Assembly (NCBI GenBank): GCA_946615785.1
Contig: CAMOIA010000001.1
Location: 1 to 37,312, forward strand
Length of the DNA: 37,312 nucleotides
Direction of reading: 5' to 3'
Origin: an uncultured Clostridia bacterium
GTDB lineage: Bacteria > Bacillota > Clostridia > Christensenellales > Aristaeellaceae
The position numbers were made by a program, and so were the translations under genes. Position 1 is the stretch's first letter. Every line of letters begins with the position of its first letter. Positions 31,336 through 37,312 of this stretch are shown one piece after another. A model generated the notes under the pieces. It did no database searches. It was not told the DNA's origin and saw only the letters and a list, made by a program, of their open reading frames with translations.

Positions 31336-31922
31336 CAGGTGTCCACCTCCAGCGCGTTCTCGTCCTGCGCCGTCACCGCCGGAATCTCGATGATGCCGCC
31401 GCCTTCCTGAACGCCCGCGCCCTCGCGCCGCTCCAGCAGCTGCAGCTTGCGCTTCTCGATCTTCTCTTTTTCCCGCGTCTCCCGGTCGGGGATCTCGTAC
31501 AGGTTCCGCGCCGCCTTGGTCAGCTCGTTCAGGGCCTTTGTCGCCTGGTTCAGTTCCCGGATGTCCGCTTTGTTTGTCAGAAATTCCAGCGCCACCGCCT
31601 GCTTTTGCCCTTCCTCGTTTACCGTGATGTCCGTCAGGTACCTGCGGTTGAACTGCTGGCGGTCTCTTGTGATTTCTTCAAGCCGCGTCATCAGGTGCTC
31701 TGTGGTGTCGATCAGCTTTGCCAGCCTGTCCGCGGCCTTCTCGCCCCGCTTGCTGATCGCCTTCTCGGCCACGCTCTTTCGGTATGCGCTGCGCTGGCCC
31801 GTCCATCCTTCTTCCTTGGCCCGCTTGCCCACGGTGCCCTTGCTCACGCCAAAGCGCTCGGCGATCTCGTGATAGGTCGCGCGCCCCGTCACATACTCAG
31901 CCCGCGCCCGCTCCCAATCCAT
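31335..31922 (-). CDS. terS: Terminase small subunit (195 aa)
   Basis: N-terminal HTH 'TYHEIAERFGVSKGTVGKRAKEEGW', a coiled-coil centre, and a position immediately upstream of terL. Confidence 0.7.
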   Translation of the reverse strand: MDWERARAEYVTGRATYHEIAERFGVSKGTVGKRAKEEGWTGQRSAYRKSVAEKAISKRGEKAADRLAKLIDTTEHLMTRLEEITRDRQQFNRRYLTDITVNEEGQKQAVALEFLTNKADIRELNQATKALNELTKAARNLYEIPDRETREKEKIEKRKLQLLERREGAGVQEGGGIIEIPAVTAQDENALEVDT

Positions 31923-31990
31923 ACCCCCTCACGCTCCTGTTTTGGCTCTGGTTTCATTTTTTCCGGCCCCTTCAGCCGGTTCCCGCTTTT

Positions 31991-32032
31991 ATCATACGCA
32001 AAAAAGCCGCCGGTTTTCTACACCTGCGGCCC
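31991..32032 (-). promoter_or_regulatory. Box B: the same 19-nt box (32014-32032), 18 nt, TATGAT (31991-31996). It overlaps a hairpin plus T6 that can terminate rep transcription (32000-32030)
   Basis: Minus strand: GGGCCGCAGGTGTAGAAAA...TATGAT. GCCGCAGG/CCGGCGGC stem followed by TTTTTT. Confidence 0.5.
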
Positions 32033-32110
32033 CTGCCTTCTTCAGAAAAAGCCAACCTTATACCGCGCGCGCGTCACGCGCCCCTTGTCACCCTTTTTTT
32101 ATCCTTTTGT

Positions 32111-32977
32111 TCACTTCACGCACCTCAAGAAAGCCCGCATCGCGGGCCCTTCCGGCTCCTTCCACAGCACCCCGTACAGCATCGCGCCGGGATAGAACTC
32201 GCTCCGTTTCACCTCTGGCCGCTCATGGCACACAAAACCCGGGTACACCTTCTCAAGCGTCTCCCGCGCCGCTTCCTCCAGCGCCCCCGCGATCCGCTCA
32301 AGCCTCCCCTTGGTCATCCGGTGGTCGCTGATGGTTTCCCTGGGCTGCGTCATTCCCTGGCTGATCCTTGTGCGCCGTCTGCGTCTGTCCTCGTCCACCG
32401 TTGAGTTCCACTTGCTCATATACAGCACCAGCCCCTTGAACCCGCCCGGGTTCTCCTGAAAGCGCCGGCTGTTGGAATATCCCCGCTTCCACTTCGCCTC
32501 GGCGGTCTCCCGGTCTACGCCTTCCAGCAGGATATGGTGATGCACCCGGCCCGCGCTGCTCACCTCGATCACCGCGATGTATTTCAGCTTCTGCCCGTTC
32601 TTCTTCGCTGCCGTCCGAAGGCGCACCAGGTACCGCGTCAGCTCCTTTGCGGCCTCTTCCTCGGTCGGGTTCTCGCCCTCGTAGGTCAGTGTCACAAATA
32701 CCGCGTCCCTGGTAAAATTGCACTCCGCAAGCCGGATCAGGTGGCGCCGGCTGTTTCTGCGGTTCACGATCGCCTGCGCCGCGCCTGTTATGTGCGTCTT
32801 TGCCTCGCGCCTGGTTTCCCGGTTCTTCACGATGGGATAGCACACGCATTCCAGCATCGGCCCGCTGCGGATCGTTTTTACCCGGTACAGCAGCACTCCG
32901 TCCCGGATCACTTCCCGGTCTACGCCGTCCGCCTGATCGAAAAGCGGTTCCAGCTCGCTGAAGGCATCCCTGCGCAT
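32111..32977 (-). CDS. HUH-superfamily rolling-circle replication initiator (288 aa)
   Basis: ATG 32977 follows CCGGAGGAAGAAC. Motif I 'FVTLTY', motif II 'RVHHHILLEG' (HUH), motif III 'LYMSKW' (YxxK). Confidence 0.8.
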   Translation of the reverse strand: MRRDAFSELEPLFDQADGVDREVIRDGVLLYRVKTIRSGPMLECVCYPIVKNRETRREAKTHITGAAQAIVNRRNSRRHLIRLAECNFTRDAVFVTLTYEGENPTEEEAAKELTRYLVRLRTAAKKNGQKLKYIAVIEVSSAGRVHHHILLEGVDRETAEAKWKRGYSNSRRFQENPGGFKGLVLYMSKWNSTVDEDRRRRRTRISQGMTQPRETISDHRMTKGRLERIAGALEEAARETLEKVYPGFVCHERPEVKRSEFYPGAMLYGVLWKEPEGPAMRAFLRCVK

Positions 32978-33009
32978 GTTCTTCCTCCGGTCGTTTCGTT
33001 TCGTCCCTG

Positions 33010-33092
33010 CTGCCGGGCACCCCTGCCGGGAGGGCTTGGGGGATACCCCCAAACCCCCTTCAGGCTTCGGCCCTGTGCCCACCCTCCGGCAG
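33010..33092. promoter_or_regulatory. Nested inverted and direct repeats upstream of rep (candidate origin or regulatory region)
   Basis: ttggggg-ata-cccccaa (33036-33052). The outer pair ctgccgggaggg (33023-33034) / ccctccggcag (33082-33092). gggcac/gtgccc. Direct ctgccggg at 33010 and 33023. Confidence 0.45.
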
Positions 33093-33156
33093 CTGCTCCA
33101 TCCCATTCGATTTTATCAAATTAAAACCGCTCAATTATTATGACCCGTATTCAAGT

Positions 33157-33178
33157 ATAAAAGGCCGGATGCCCGGCC
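33157..33178 (-). terminator. Rho-independent terminator
   Basis: Minus strand: GGCCGG-GCAT-CCGGCC followed by TTTTAT. Confidence 0.65.
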
Positions 33179-33194
33179 CATGCGGTCGCCCGCC

Positions 33195-33368
33195 TTAAAT
33201 CTGTTCCTGGTGGTATAGGATCAGCTTTCCGCGCCCGTCCGCCGTCTGGGTGATCTCGCAGGCGTCCGCGCCGGTTTCCCTGATCTTCTCGTCCGCGTCC
33301 GCAGCCGCTTCCAGAATCGTCCGGTACAGGTACTCGCTTTTGATCAGTCCGTTTTTTCTTTCTTCCAT
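33195..33368 (-). CDS. Small protein (57 aa); not in the ORF track
   Basis: ATG 33368 shares 1 nt with the upstream TAA. Translation 'MEERKNGLIKSEYLYRTILEAAADADEKIRETGADACEITQTADGRGKLILYHQEQI'. The 82-aa track ORF in another frame looks like nonsense. Confidence 0.5.
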   Translation of the reverse strand: MEERKNGLIKSEYLYRTILEAAADADEKIRETGADACEITQTADGRGKLILYHQEQI

Positions 33369-33553
33369 TATTCAATCCACCCTTCCGCGCCGGTTTCAAA
33401 GTCCGCGATGCCCATGCGGTGCCGCCGTCCCCGGCGCTCCCGCGCTTCGCTCTGTTCCTCCAGCGCCGTGAAATATTTAAGCAATCCCTCCCGGATCAGC
33501 TTGTACAGCGTCATGCCGCAGCCGATCCCAAGCAAAAACGCGATCCCGATCAC
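33368..33553 (-). CDS. Small membrane protein (61 aa, GTG start)
   Basis: GTG 33553 overlaps the upstream TGA (GTGA), and GAGGA lies 6 nt upstream. TM 'VIGIAFLLGIGCGMTLYKLI'. Confidence 0.45.
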   Translation of the reverse strand: MIGIAFLLGIGCGMTLYKLIREGLLKYFTALEEQSEARERRGRRHRMGIADFETGAEGWIE

Positions 33554-33834
33554 GGCCTGTCCTCGTCTTCCTCGCCGGGCTTGCCTTCTCCCTTGGCCCT
33601 GCGCATCCATCCCGGCAGGCGCAGCGCCTCGCCGTCGCCCTCGATGTCCCCGGCCTCGATGGCCTTATAAACGTCGCTCAGGTTCTGCTCCTGCTCGCCG
33701 ATCAGGATCGCCAGATCACTGTCCTCGCTCTTGTCCACCGCCGGCCCGATCACGGAATCCCGCACGATGCCGTACAGCCCCAGCATCATGCCCTCGGCCC
33801 GCGCGATCTTCACCGCCATTTCCATTTTTGTCAT
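33550..33834 (-). CDS. Hypothetical acidic protein (94 aa)
   Basis: ATG 33834 overlaps the upstream stop as ATGA. Confidence 0.6.
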   Translation of the reverse strand: MTKMEMAVKIARAEGMMLGLYGIVRDSVIGPAVDKSEDSDLAILIGEQEQNLSDVYKAIEAGDIEGDGEALRLPGWMRRAKGEGKPGEEDEDRP

Positions 33835-33986
33835 TTGCTCTGCCTCCTCTTGCTTTTCTTTTCTTCCTTATAATCGTCCAAGGCAATCTTTCCCACCGCG
33901 CAGATGCCGATGAAAATGCCCAGCAGAAAAAGCGCAACGAACACCGCAACCAGAACAAATGCCAGGTTCACGAACCAGTCAGGCAT
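33831..33986 (-). CDS. Small single-pass membrane protein (51 aa); not in the ORF track
   Basis: ATG 33986 follows GAGGTGAAGGGAG. 'MPDWFVNLAFVLVAVFVALFLLGIFIGICAVGKIALDDYKEEKKSKRRQSK'. Its stop overlaps the next ATG. Confidence 0.6.
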   Translation of the reverse strand: MPDWFVNLAFVLVAVFVALFLLGIFIGICAVGKIALDDYKEEKKSKRRQSK

Positions 33987-34449
33987 CTCCCTTCACCTCA
34001 GGCCTTTTCCCGCCGTTCAGGAAATAGGAAAGCGCATCCGCAAAAAGCTCCGCCTCTTCAAGGTTCTGAAAGCGTCCGATTTTCCGCTGCCTTGCGCCTT
34101 CGCAAAGGTACAGCACCGTCTTTTTCCCGCTGCCCTCGCCCTCGGTCAGAATCCTGATAACGATGCCGTTTTTCTCGAAAAGGATGTCCAGCCTGTTTTT
34201 TTTCTTCCAGTCCACCCTCTCCGCCTCCCCTCTGTAGAATCGTTCGTTTTCCCGCGCCATCGGGCAAAGCTCCGCATATTTCCAGCTTTCGCACACCCGC
34301 CCACTGAACCGTGCTTTTTCCGCTGCCGATGCGAAAAGGTTCCCCACGTTCACGCACCCCACCTGCGCATTCTCGCAAAAGATGATTTTTCCCTTGCTCC
34401 ATTTGTAGTATGGGCAAAGTACGTGCGCGTTTTCAAAGTCCCTTTTCAT
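33979..34449 (-). CDS. Hypothetical Cys-rich protein (156 aa)
   Basis: ATG 34449 overlaps the upstream stop as ATGA, with GGGGAGG upstream. Confidence 0.65.
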   Translation of the reverse strand: MKRDFENAHVLCPYYKWSKGKIIFCENAQVGCVNVGNLFASAAEKARFSGRVCESWKYAELCPMARENERFYRGEAERVDWKKKNRLDILFEKNGIVIRILTEGEGSGKKTVLYLCEGARQRKIGRFQNLEEAELFADALSYFLNGGKRPEVKGDA

Positions 34450-34799
34450 TTCTTCGGCCTCCCCGGCAGCGGCATCCAATAGCGAATCATTTTGTTTTCC
34501 GCAAGCCCGTGCAGCCCGATCACCTGATCCGGCCCGGATCTGTACACGCAGGCGCCGTACGCGCCCTCATGGTACGCAAGCACGCATCCGCATTGGTCAA
34601 GTTCTTTCTTTTCCGGCATCCGCTCATTTTTATCCACCCACAATTCGGAAAGCGAAGGCGATGCGCACCCGGCCACAAGCTGCTCAAAGATCTCCCGCAC
34701 CTGTTCCACGTTAAACAATTCCCCGGTGCCCTCGTTCTCCTCCGCCCAGGCCTGCACGGCTGCAAGCGCATCCGCCCTCCGCATCCATTCTGCAATCAT
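34446..34799 (-). CDS. DUF551-like phage protein (117 aa)
   Basis: ATG 34799 follows GGAAAGG. 'WVDKNERMPEKKE' and the C-terminal 'YWMPLPGRP' resemble the DUF551 pattern (recalled from memory). Confidence 0.55.
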   Translation of the reverse strand: MIAEWMRRADALAAVQAWAEENEGTGELFNVEQVREIFEQLVAGCASPSLSELWVDKNERMPEKKELDQCGCVLAYHEGAYGACVYRSGPDQVIGLHGLAENKMIRYWMPLPGRPKK

Positions 34800-34851
34800 G
34801 GCGTTTGCCTTTCCGTAAGCATCTTCACGATCCTCTTCCGATCCTCCGTCG

Positions 34852-35307
34852 TCAGATGCCCCGCCTGCGCTGTTCTTCCTCCCTGCGCTTTTCCAGCAGC
34901 CCGCGCTCCAGTGCAATCGCCTCCCGGATCGCGCCCCGAACCTCTCCATCGCTCTTCAGCTCGCAGAAGATCCGCCGTGCACCCGGCTTGTCCGATTTTG
35001 CGCTCGTCACCCGGATCGGCCATAAATCCCGATTGTGCAGTGCCTCCCGGATCACCCGGAAAGCCAGATCTTCGTCCGCAAGCTTCTCAGCCTTCACCAT
35101 GCGCTCAATGATTTCCCGGTTCATGATGATCGCCGCCTCGCGTACGCTTGAGTACATGCTTTTTTCTTCGTAGATTTCGCCCACGAACTCAAACCGTCTG
35201 ATGCCCTTTGCGATAGCCTCGTTGATGTCCGCCCGCGCCGCGGCTCTCTTGGTGCCCGTGAACCACCGGCTCCGCCCTTCAGGTATCTCCGCCACTTCCC
35301 GGATCAT
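34852..35307 (-). CDS. Hypothetical protein (151 aa)
   Basis: ATG 35307 is 6 nt after GAGGAGG. Confidence 0.65.
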   Translation of the reverse strand: MIREVAEIPEGRSRWFTGTKRAAARADINEAIAKGIRRFEFVGEIYEEKSMYSSVREAAIIMNREIIERMVKAEKLADEDLAFRVIREALHNRDLWPIRVTSAKSDKPGARRIFCELKSDGEVRGAIREAIALERGLLEKRREEEQRRRGI

Positions 35308-35545
35308 CGTCGTCCTCCTCAATCTCCCCGTCCGCGCAGAAGAACCGCGGCCCGGTGCTTTTCATATGCCAGCCGCACCATCCACGGCCCAGGTAGCTTC
35401 CTTCCTCGTCCCATTGCTTGCAGTCCTTGCATCGGACAACCTCTACCATATCTTTTGGATTTCCGTTCGGTTCATATCCAAGCATTGCCATCTGATCGGC
35501 AAAACTGCTCCGTGCTAACTCTCTGCTTTTTTCTTCGTCAGTCAT
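35279..35545 (-). CDS. Hypothetical Cys-rich small protein (88 aa)
   Basis: ATG 35545. 'CKDCKQW...GWCGWH...FFCADGE'. Acidic tail. Confidence 0.65.
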   Translation of the reverse strand: MTDEEKSRELARSSFADQMAMLGYEPNGNPKDMVEVVRCKDCKQWDEEGSYLGRGWCGWHMKSTGPRFFCADGEIEEDDDDPGSGGDT

Positions 35546-35568
35546 CCCACTTCACCGCCTTCCTTTGC

Positions 35569-35694
35569 TCATCTGTCGGCTTTTTCCTTTGGTAGCTCAA
35601 ATTCCGGGTTTCGCGGGCTTCTCTGCCAAGATGACCAGCCGAAGCGTCTGCGCAGCATGTTTTGGATGCTTTGTCTCTTCTTTGTCATCCTCAT
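35569..35694 (-). CDS. Possible 41-aa basic micro-protein
   Basis: ATG 35694 is 6 nt after the upstream stop. 'MRMTKKRQSIQNMLRRRFGWSSWQRSPRNPEFELPKEKADR'. The SD is weak. It fills an otherwise empty 155-nt gap. Confidence 0.3.
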   Translation of the reverse strand: MRMTKKRQSIQNMLRRRFGWSSWQRSPRNPEFELPKEKADR

Positions 35695-35700
35695 TTGCCG

Positions 35701-35868
35701 TCACCATCCTGCTAAATCGCACACGTTCTTAACCGTCAGCACCACCCAGTAGGCCACGATGAAACCCCACATGATGCTGTGATTCCGTTTCCCGTTCACC
35801 CACTGCATGGCGCTCACAATCCCGGCGATCATCGCCAGGATCAGCACCAGCACCGCGCTTATGCTCAT
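35701..35868 (-). CDS. Small two-TM membrane protein (55 aa)
   Basis: ATG 35868 overlaps the upstream stop as ATGA. 'MSISAVLVLILAMIAGIVSAMQWVNGKRNHSIMWGFIVAYWVVLTV'. Confidence 0.65.
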   Translation of the reverse strand: MSISAVLVLILAMIAGIVSAMQWVNGKRNHSIMWGFIVAYWVVLTVKNVCDLAGW

Positions 35869-36152
35869 TTCGTCCTCCCATAAACTGTCCAGATTGCCCG
35901 TGGCCATCCTCTGATCTCCTTCGTGCTTCTCTGGTAATCGGTGCCCCGGTAGGAAAATACCTTCTTTTTCCCGCTCTGGGCTACGATTCCGTCCAGCCAT
36001 TGCACCACGCCGAAGCGGTCAAAGCTGTACAGCCTGGCATCGGTTCCCGCCGGTTTCTTCCGAAGCGCCTCCGGGCTGATCTCCTCATAGCCCGCCCATC
36101 TGGCTGCCGTCTTCAGCTCCAGCAATGCCAGGTCAATTTTTTGGCCTTCCAT
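35865..36152 (-). CDS. Hypothetical protein (95 aa)
   Basis: ATG 36152 follows TAAAGGAGGACGAC. Confidence 0.7.
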   Translation of the reverse strand: MEGQKIDLALLELKTAARWAGYEEISPEALRKKPAGTDARLYSFDRFGVVQWLDGIVAQSGKKKVFSYRGTDYQRSTKEIRGWPRAIWTVYGRTK

Positions 36153-36176
36153 GTCGTCCTCCTTTATATCTTGTTG

Positions 36177-36467
36177 TCACTCCTCCGCTTTGCCTGTGAT
36201 GTTCACGCTTTGCCCGTCGTCCGCAATCTCCGCGTTCATGATATGGATTCCGCACTGATTCGGCCCCGCTGCCTCGATCCGGTTCCGGGCGATCTTCGCC
36301 TGGTTGATCGTCTCAAAGAATAGCAGCGTTCCTTTCGGATAATAGGGCGTTATGGCGATCAGGCCGTCCAGCCCTTTCAGCAGCTCAAGCACCTTGTTCA
36401 ACTTCTTCCGGTTCCAGGGCGTCGGCATCGGAAGGTTCGGCATCGCAAATGCAAAAGCTTTCTTCAT
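36177..36467 (-). CDS. Hypothetical protein (96 aa)
   Basis: ATG 36467 follows CAAGGAGGCGCC. Confidence 0.7.
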   Translation of the reverse strand: MKKAFAFAMPNLPMPTPWNRKKLNKVLELLKGLDGLIAITPYYPKGTLLFFETINQAKIARNRIEAAGPNQCGIHIMNAEIADDGQSVNITGKAEE

Positions 36468-36545
36468 GGCGCCTCCTTGCTTGTTCCCTCAGTTCGCAAT
36501 AGTCGCCCCGCTTCCTTCTCTTCGTTCGGTCGTGGTGCTCGTTTG

Positions 36546-36600
36546 CTCACTGGGCTTCCGGTTCGCTGCTTCCCGCACTGCGGGCGCTCACCTACGCCCC
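36546..36600 (-). repeat. Copy A of an intergenic element; starts at the dut stop codon and contains the hairpin cccgc-act-gcggg (36572-36584)
   Basis: It shares a 17-nt identical core (36570-36586 = 37159-37175) and about 75-80% identity over ~55 nt with copy B. Weaker similarity extends to ~130 nt (hand alignment). Confidence 0.8.
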
Positions 36601-37005
36601 GCTGCTCCCGAATCCCGCGTCCCCGCGTTCCCCGCCGTCGATCCTCAGCACCACCTCAACCGGCGGATACAGGCACGGCTGCACGATCAGCTGCGCCACC
36701 TTGTCCCCGGTCTTGAAAGCGTACCTTTCGTCGCTCAGGTTGTAGAGCTTCACCGCTATCGAACCGGTGTAGCCCTCGTCGATCACGCCCCCGCAGCTCA
36801 CGATCCCGTGCACCACGTTCAGGCCGCTCTTGCTCTCAATCTTCCCGAAGGTACCCCGCGGCAGCTGCACGTGCACCCCGGTGTCGATCACCGCGCCCTC
36901 TCCCGGCCAGATGCCCACGTCCCTCGGCGTGTACAGATCGAGTCCCGCGTCCGTGCTGTGCGCCCTGGTCGGCGCGATGGCCCCCGCGTCAAGCTGAATT
37001 TTCAT
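36592..37005 (-). CDS. dut: dUTP diphosphatase (trimeric dUTPase, 137 aa)
   Basis: Motifs 'DAGLDLY', 'GVIDEGYTG' and 'RGDAGFGSSG'. SD AAAGGAGGATGAAAC. Confidence 0.93.
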   Translation of the reverse strand: MKIQLDAGAIAPTRAHSTDAGLDLYTPRDVGIWPGEGAVIDTGVHVQLPRGTFGKIESKSGLNVVHGIVSCGGVIDEGYTGSIAVKLYNLSDERYAFKTGDKVAQLIVQPCLYPPVEVVLRIDGGERGDAGFGSSGA

Positions 37006-37134
37006 GTTTCATCCTCCTTTATAAAATTCGTTTGTCCTTCTATCTCTTGCCGGATTGGTTTTGCCGCCGCTTGTTGTCGTGTCCTCAATTCGGCATTGTC
37101 GCAGGCCTGCGCTTTCGCTTGTCCTGCTCTGTGC

Positions 37135-37190
37135 CTCATTGGGGCTTCGCCGACCTGTTTCCCGCACTGCGGGCGGTCAGCTTCGCCCCC
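37135..37190 (-). repeat. Copy B of the same element; starts at the methyltransferase stop codon (hairpin 37161-37173)
   Basis: See copy A. Both copies begin with GGGGCG plus a stop codon of the preceding gene. Confidence 0.8.
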
Positions 37191-37312
37191 CCCCATTTCG
37201 CATGTTCTCCACCAGTTCCCGCTCCCGTTCGCTCAGCTGCCACACGATAGTGCTGGTCCTCTCCGCCGCAGCCCTCTCCGCCGCAGCCCTCTCCGCCGCA
37301 GCCCTCTCCGCC
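37177..37312 (-). CDS. 3' part of the methyltransferase CDS (continuation of 790->1 across the junction)
   Basis: The frame is preserved across the junction because the repeat unit is 15 nt. It reads (AAERA)n-TSTIVWQLSERERELVENMRNGGGRS, with stop TGA at 37177-37179. Confidence 0.65.
   Translation of the reverse strand, partial: AERAAAERAAAERAAAERTSTIVWQLSERERELVENMRNGGGRS
37186..37194 (-). repeat. G9 homopolymer (C9 on the plus strand), 2 codons before the methyltransferase stop
   Basis: Counted directly. It encodes GGG in the current frame. Confidence 0.95.
37263..37312. repeat. 15-bp tandem repeat, identical to nt 1-50
   Basis: Direct reading. Confidence 0.95.

Larger units (their letters stand above)
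1..37312. mobile_element. Complete circularly permuted temperate phage genome (integrase, attP, lysogeny switch, replication, packaging, head, lysis and virion modules)
   Basis: nt 1-50 are identical to nt 37263-37312. A minus-strand ORF stays in frame across that junction. Gene content is listed below. Confidence 0.85.

Noticed and set aside
32298-33020. A 240-aa alternative-frame ORF inside rep, and other same-strand overlapping ORFs (17025-17489, 21226-21504, 21428-21703, 26565-26906, 27481-27828, 33151-33399, 33716-33958).
   Set aside because: They are Arg/Gly-rich frames nested within genes that have recognisable motifs, or they are displaced by better small-gene models. They have no independent translation signals.
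37002-37196. The 64-aa ORF as an independent gene between the methyltransferase and dut.
   Set aside because: Its composition is low-complexity, its SD is only marginal, and it reads through an element whose second copy is non-coding. I kept it only as the possible frameshift extension discussed in the findings.

Overview
The window is a complete, circularly permuted genome of a GC-rich temperate tailed phage. Its first and last 50 nt are identical, so the circle is about 37,262 bp. The host is probably a Firmicutes/Clostridia-type bacterium. This is inferred from GGAGG ribosome-binding sites, a phage-encoded Prp (L27-processing-type) protease, an NlpC/P60+SH3b endolysin, and an attP that copies the 3' half of a tRNA-Arg(CCG). 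Almost all genes lie on the minus strand. Starting from a ~430-nt non-coding leader (791-1221) and reading across the window junction, the order is: N6-adenine methyltransferase, dUTPase, about 14 small unknown genes, HUH rolling-circle Rep, TerS, TerL, portal, Prp protease, a receptor-binding-like protein, endolysin, two holin-like genes, scaffold, major capsid, six virion genes, and finally a single 10,170-nt ORF (3,389 aa, 27% of the genome) that abuts the integrase. The plus strand carries three blocks: a small-gene operon with a consensus promoter (1222-2153), a CI-like repressor, and a promoter-gene-terminator moron followed by attP and the tyrosine integrase. The repressor gene and a minus-strand early operon flank a textbook three-operator switch with back-to-back promoters (4120-4217). 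I recognised no tape-measure, tail-tube, sheath or baseplate genes. The most unusual features are: the giant multi-domain ORF (HExxH zincin motif, Gly/hydrophobic segments, several families of internal repeats); the phage-encoded Prp with L27-like cleavage motifs on scaffold and capsid; a lysis cassette translationally coupled inside the head module; a 19-nt box found twice at identical distance from -10-like hexamers; direct repeats flanking dut; and an in-frame 15-bp VNTR plus a G9 tract in the methyltransferase. All functional calls come from motifs and synteny read by eye. No database search, folding program or statistics program was run.
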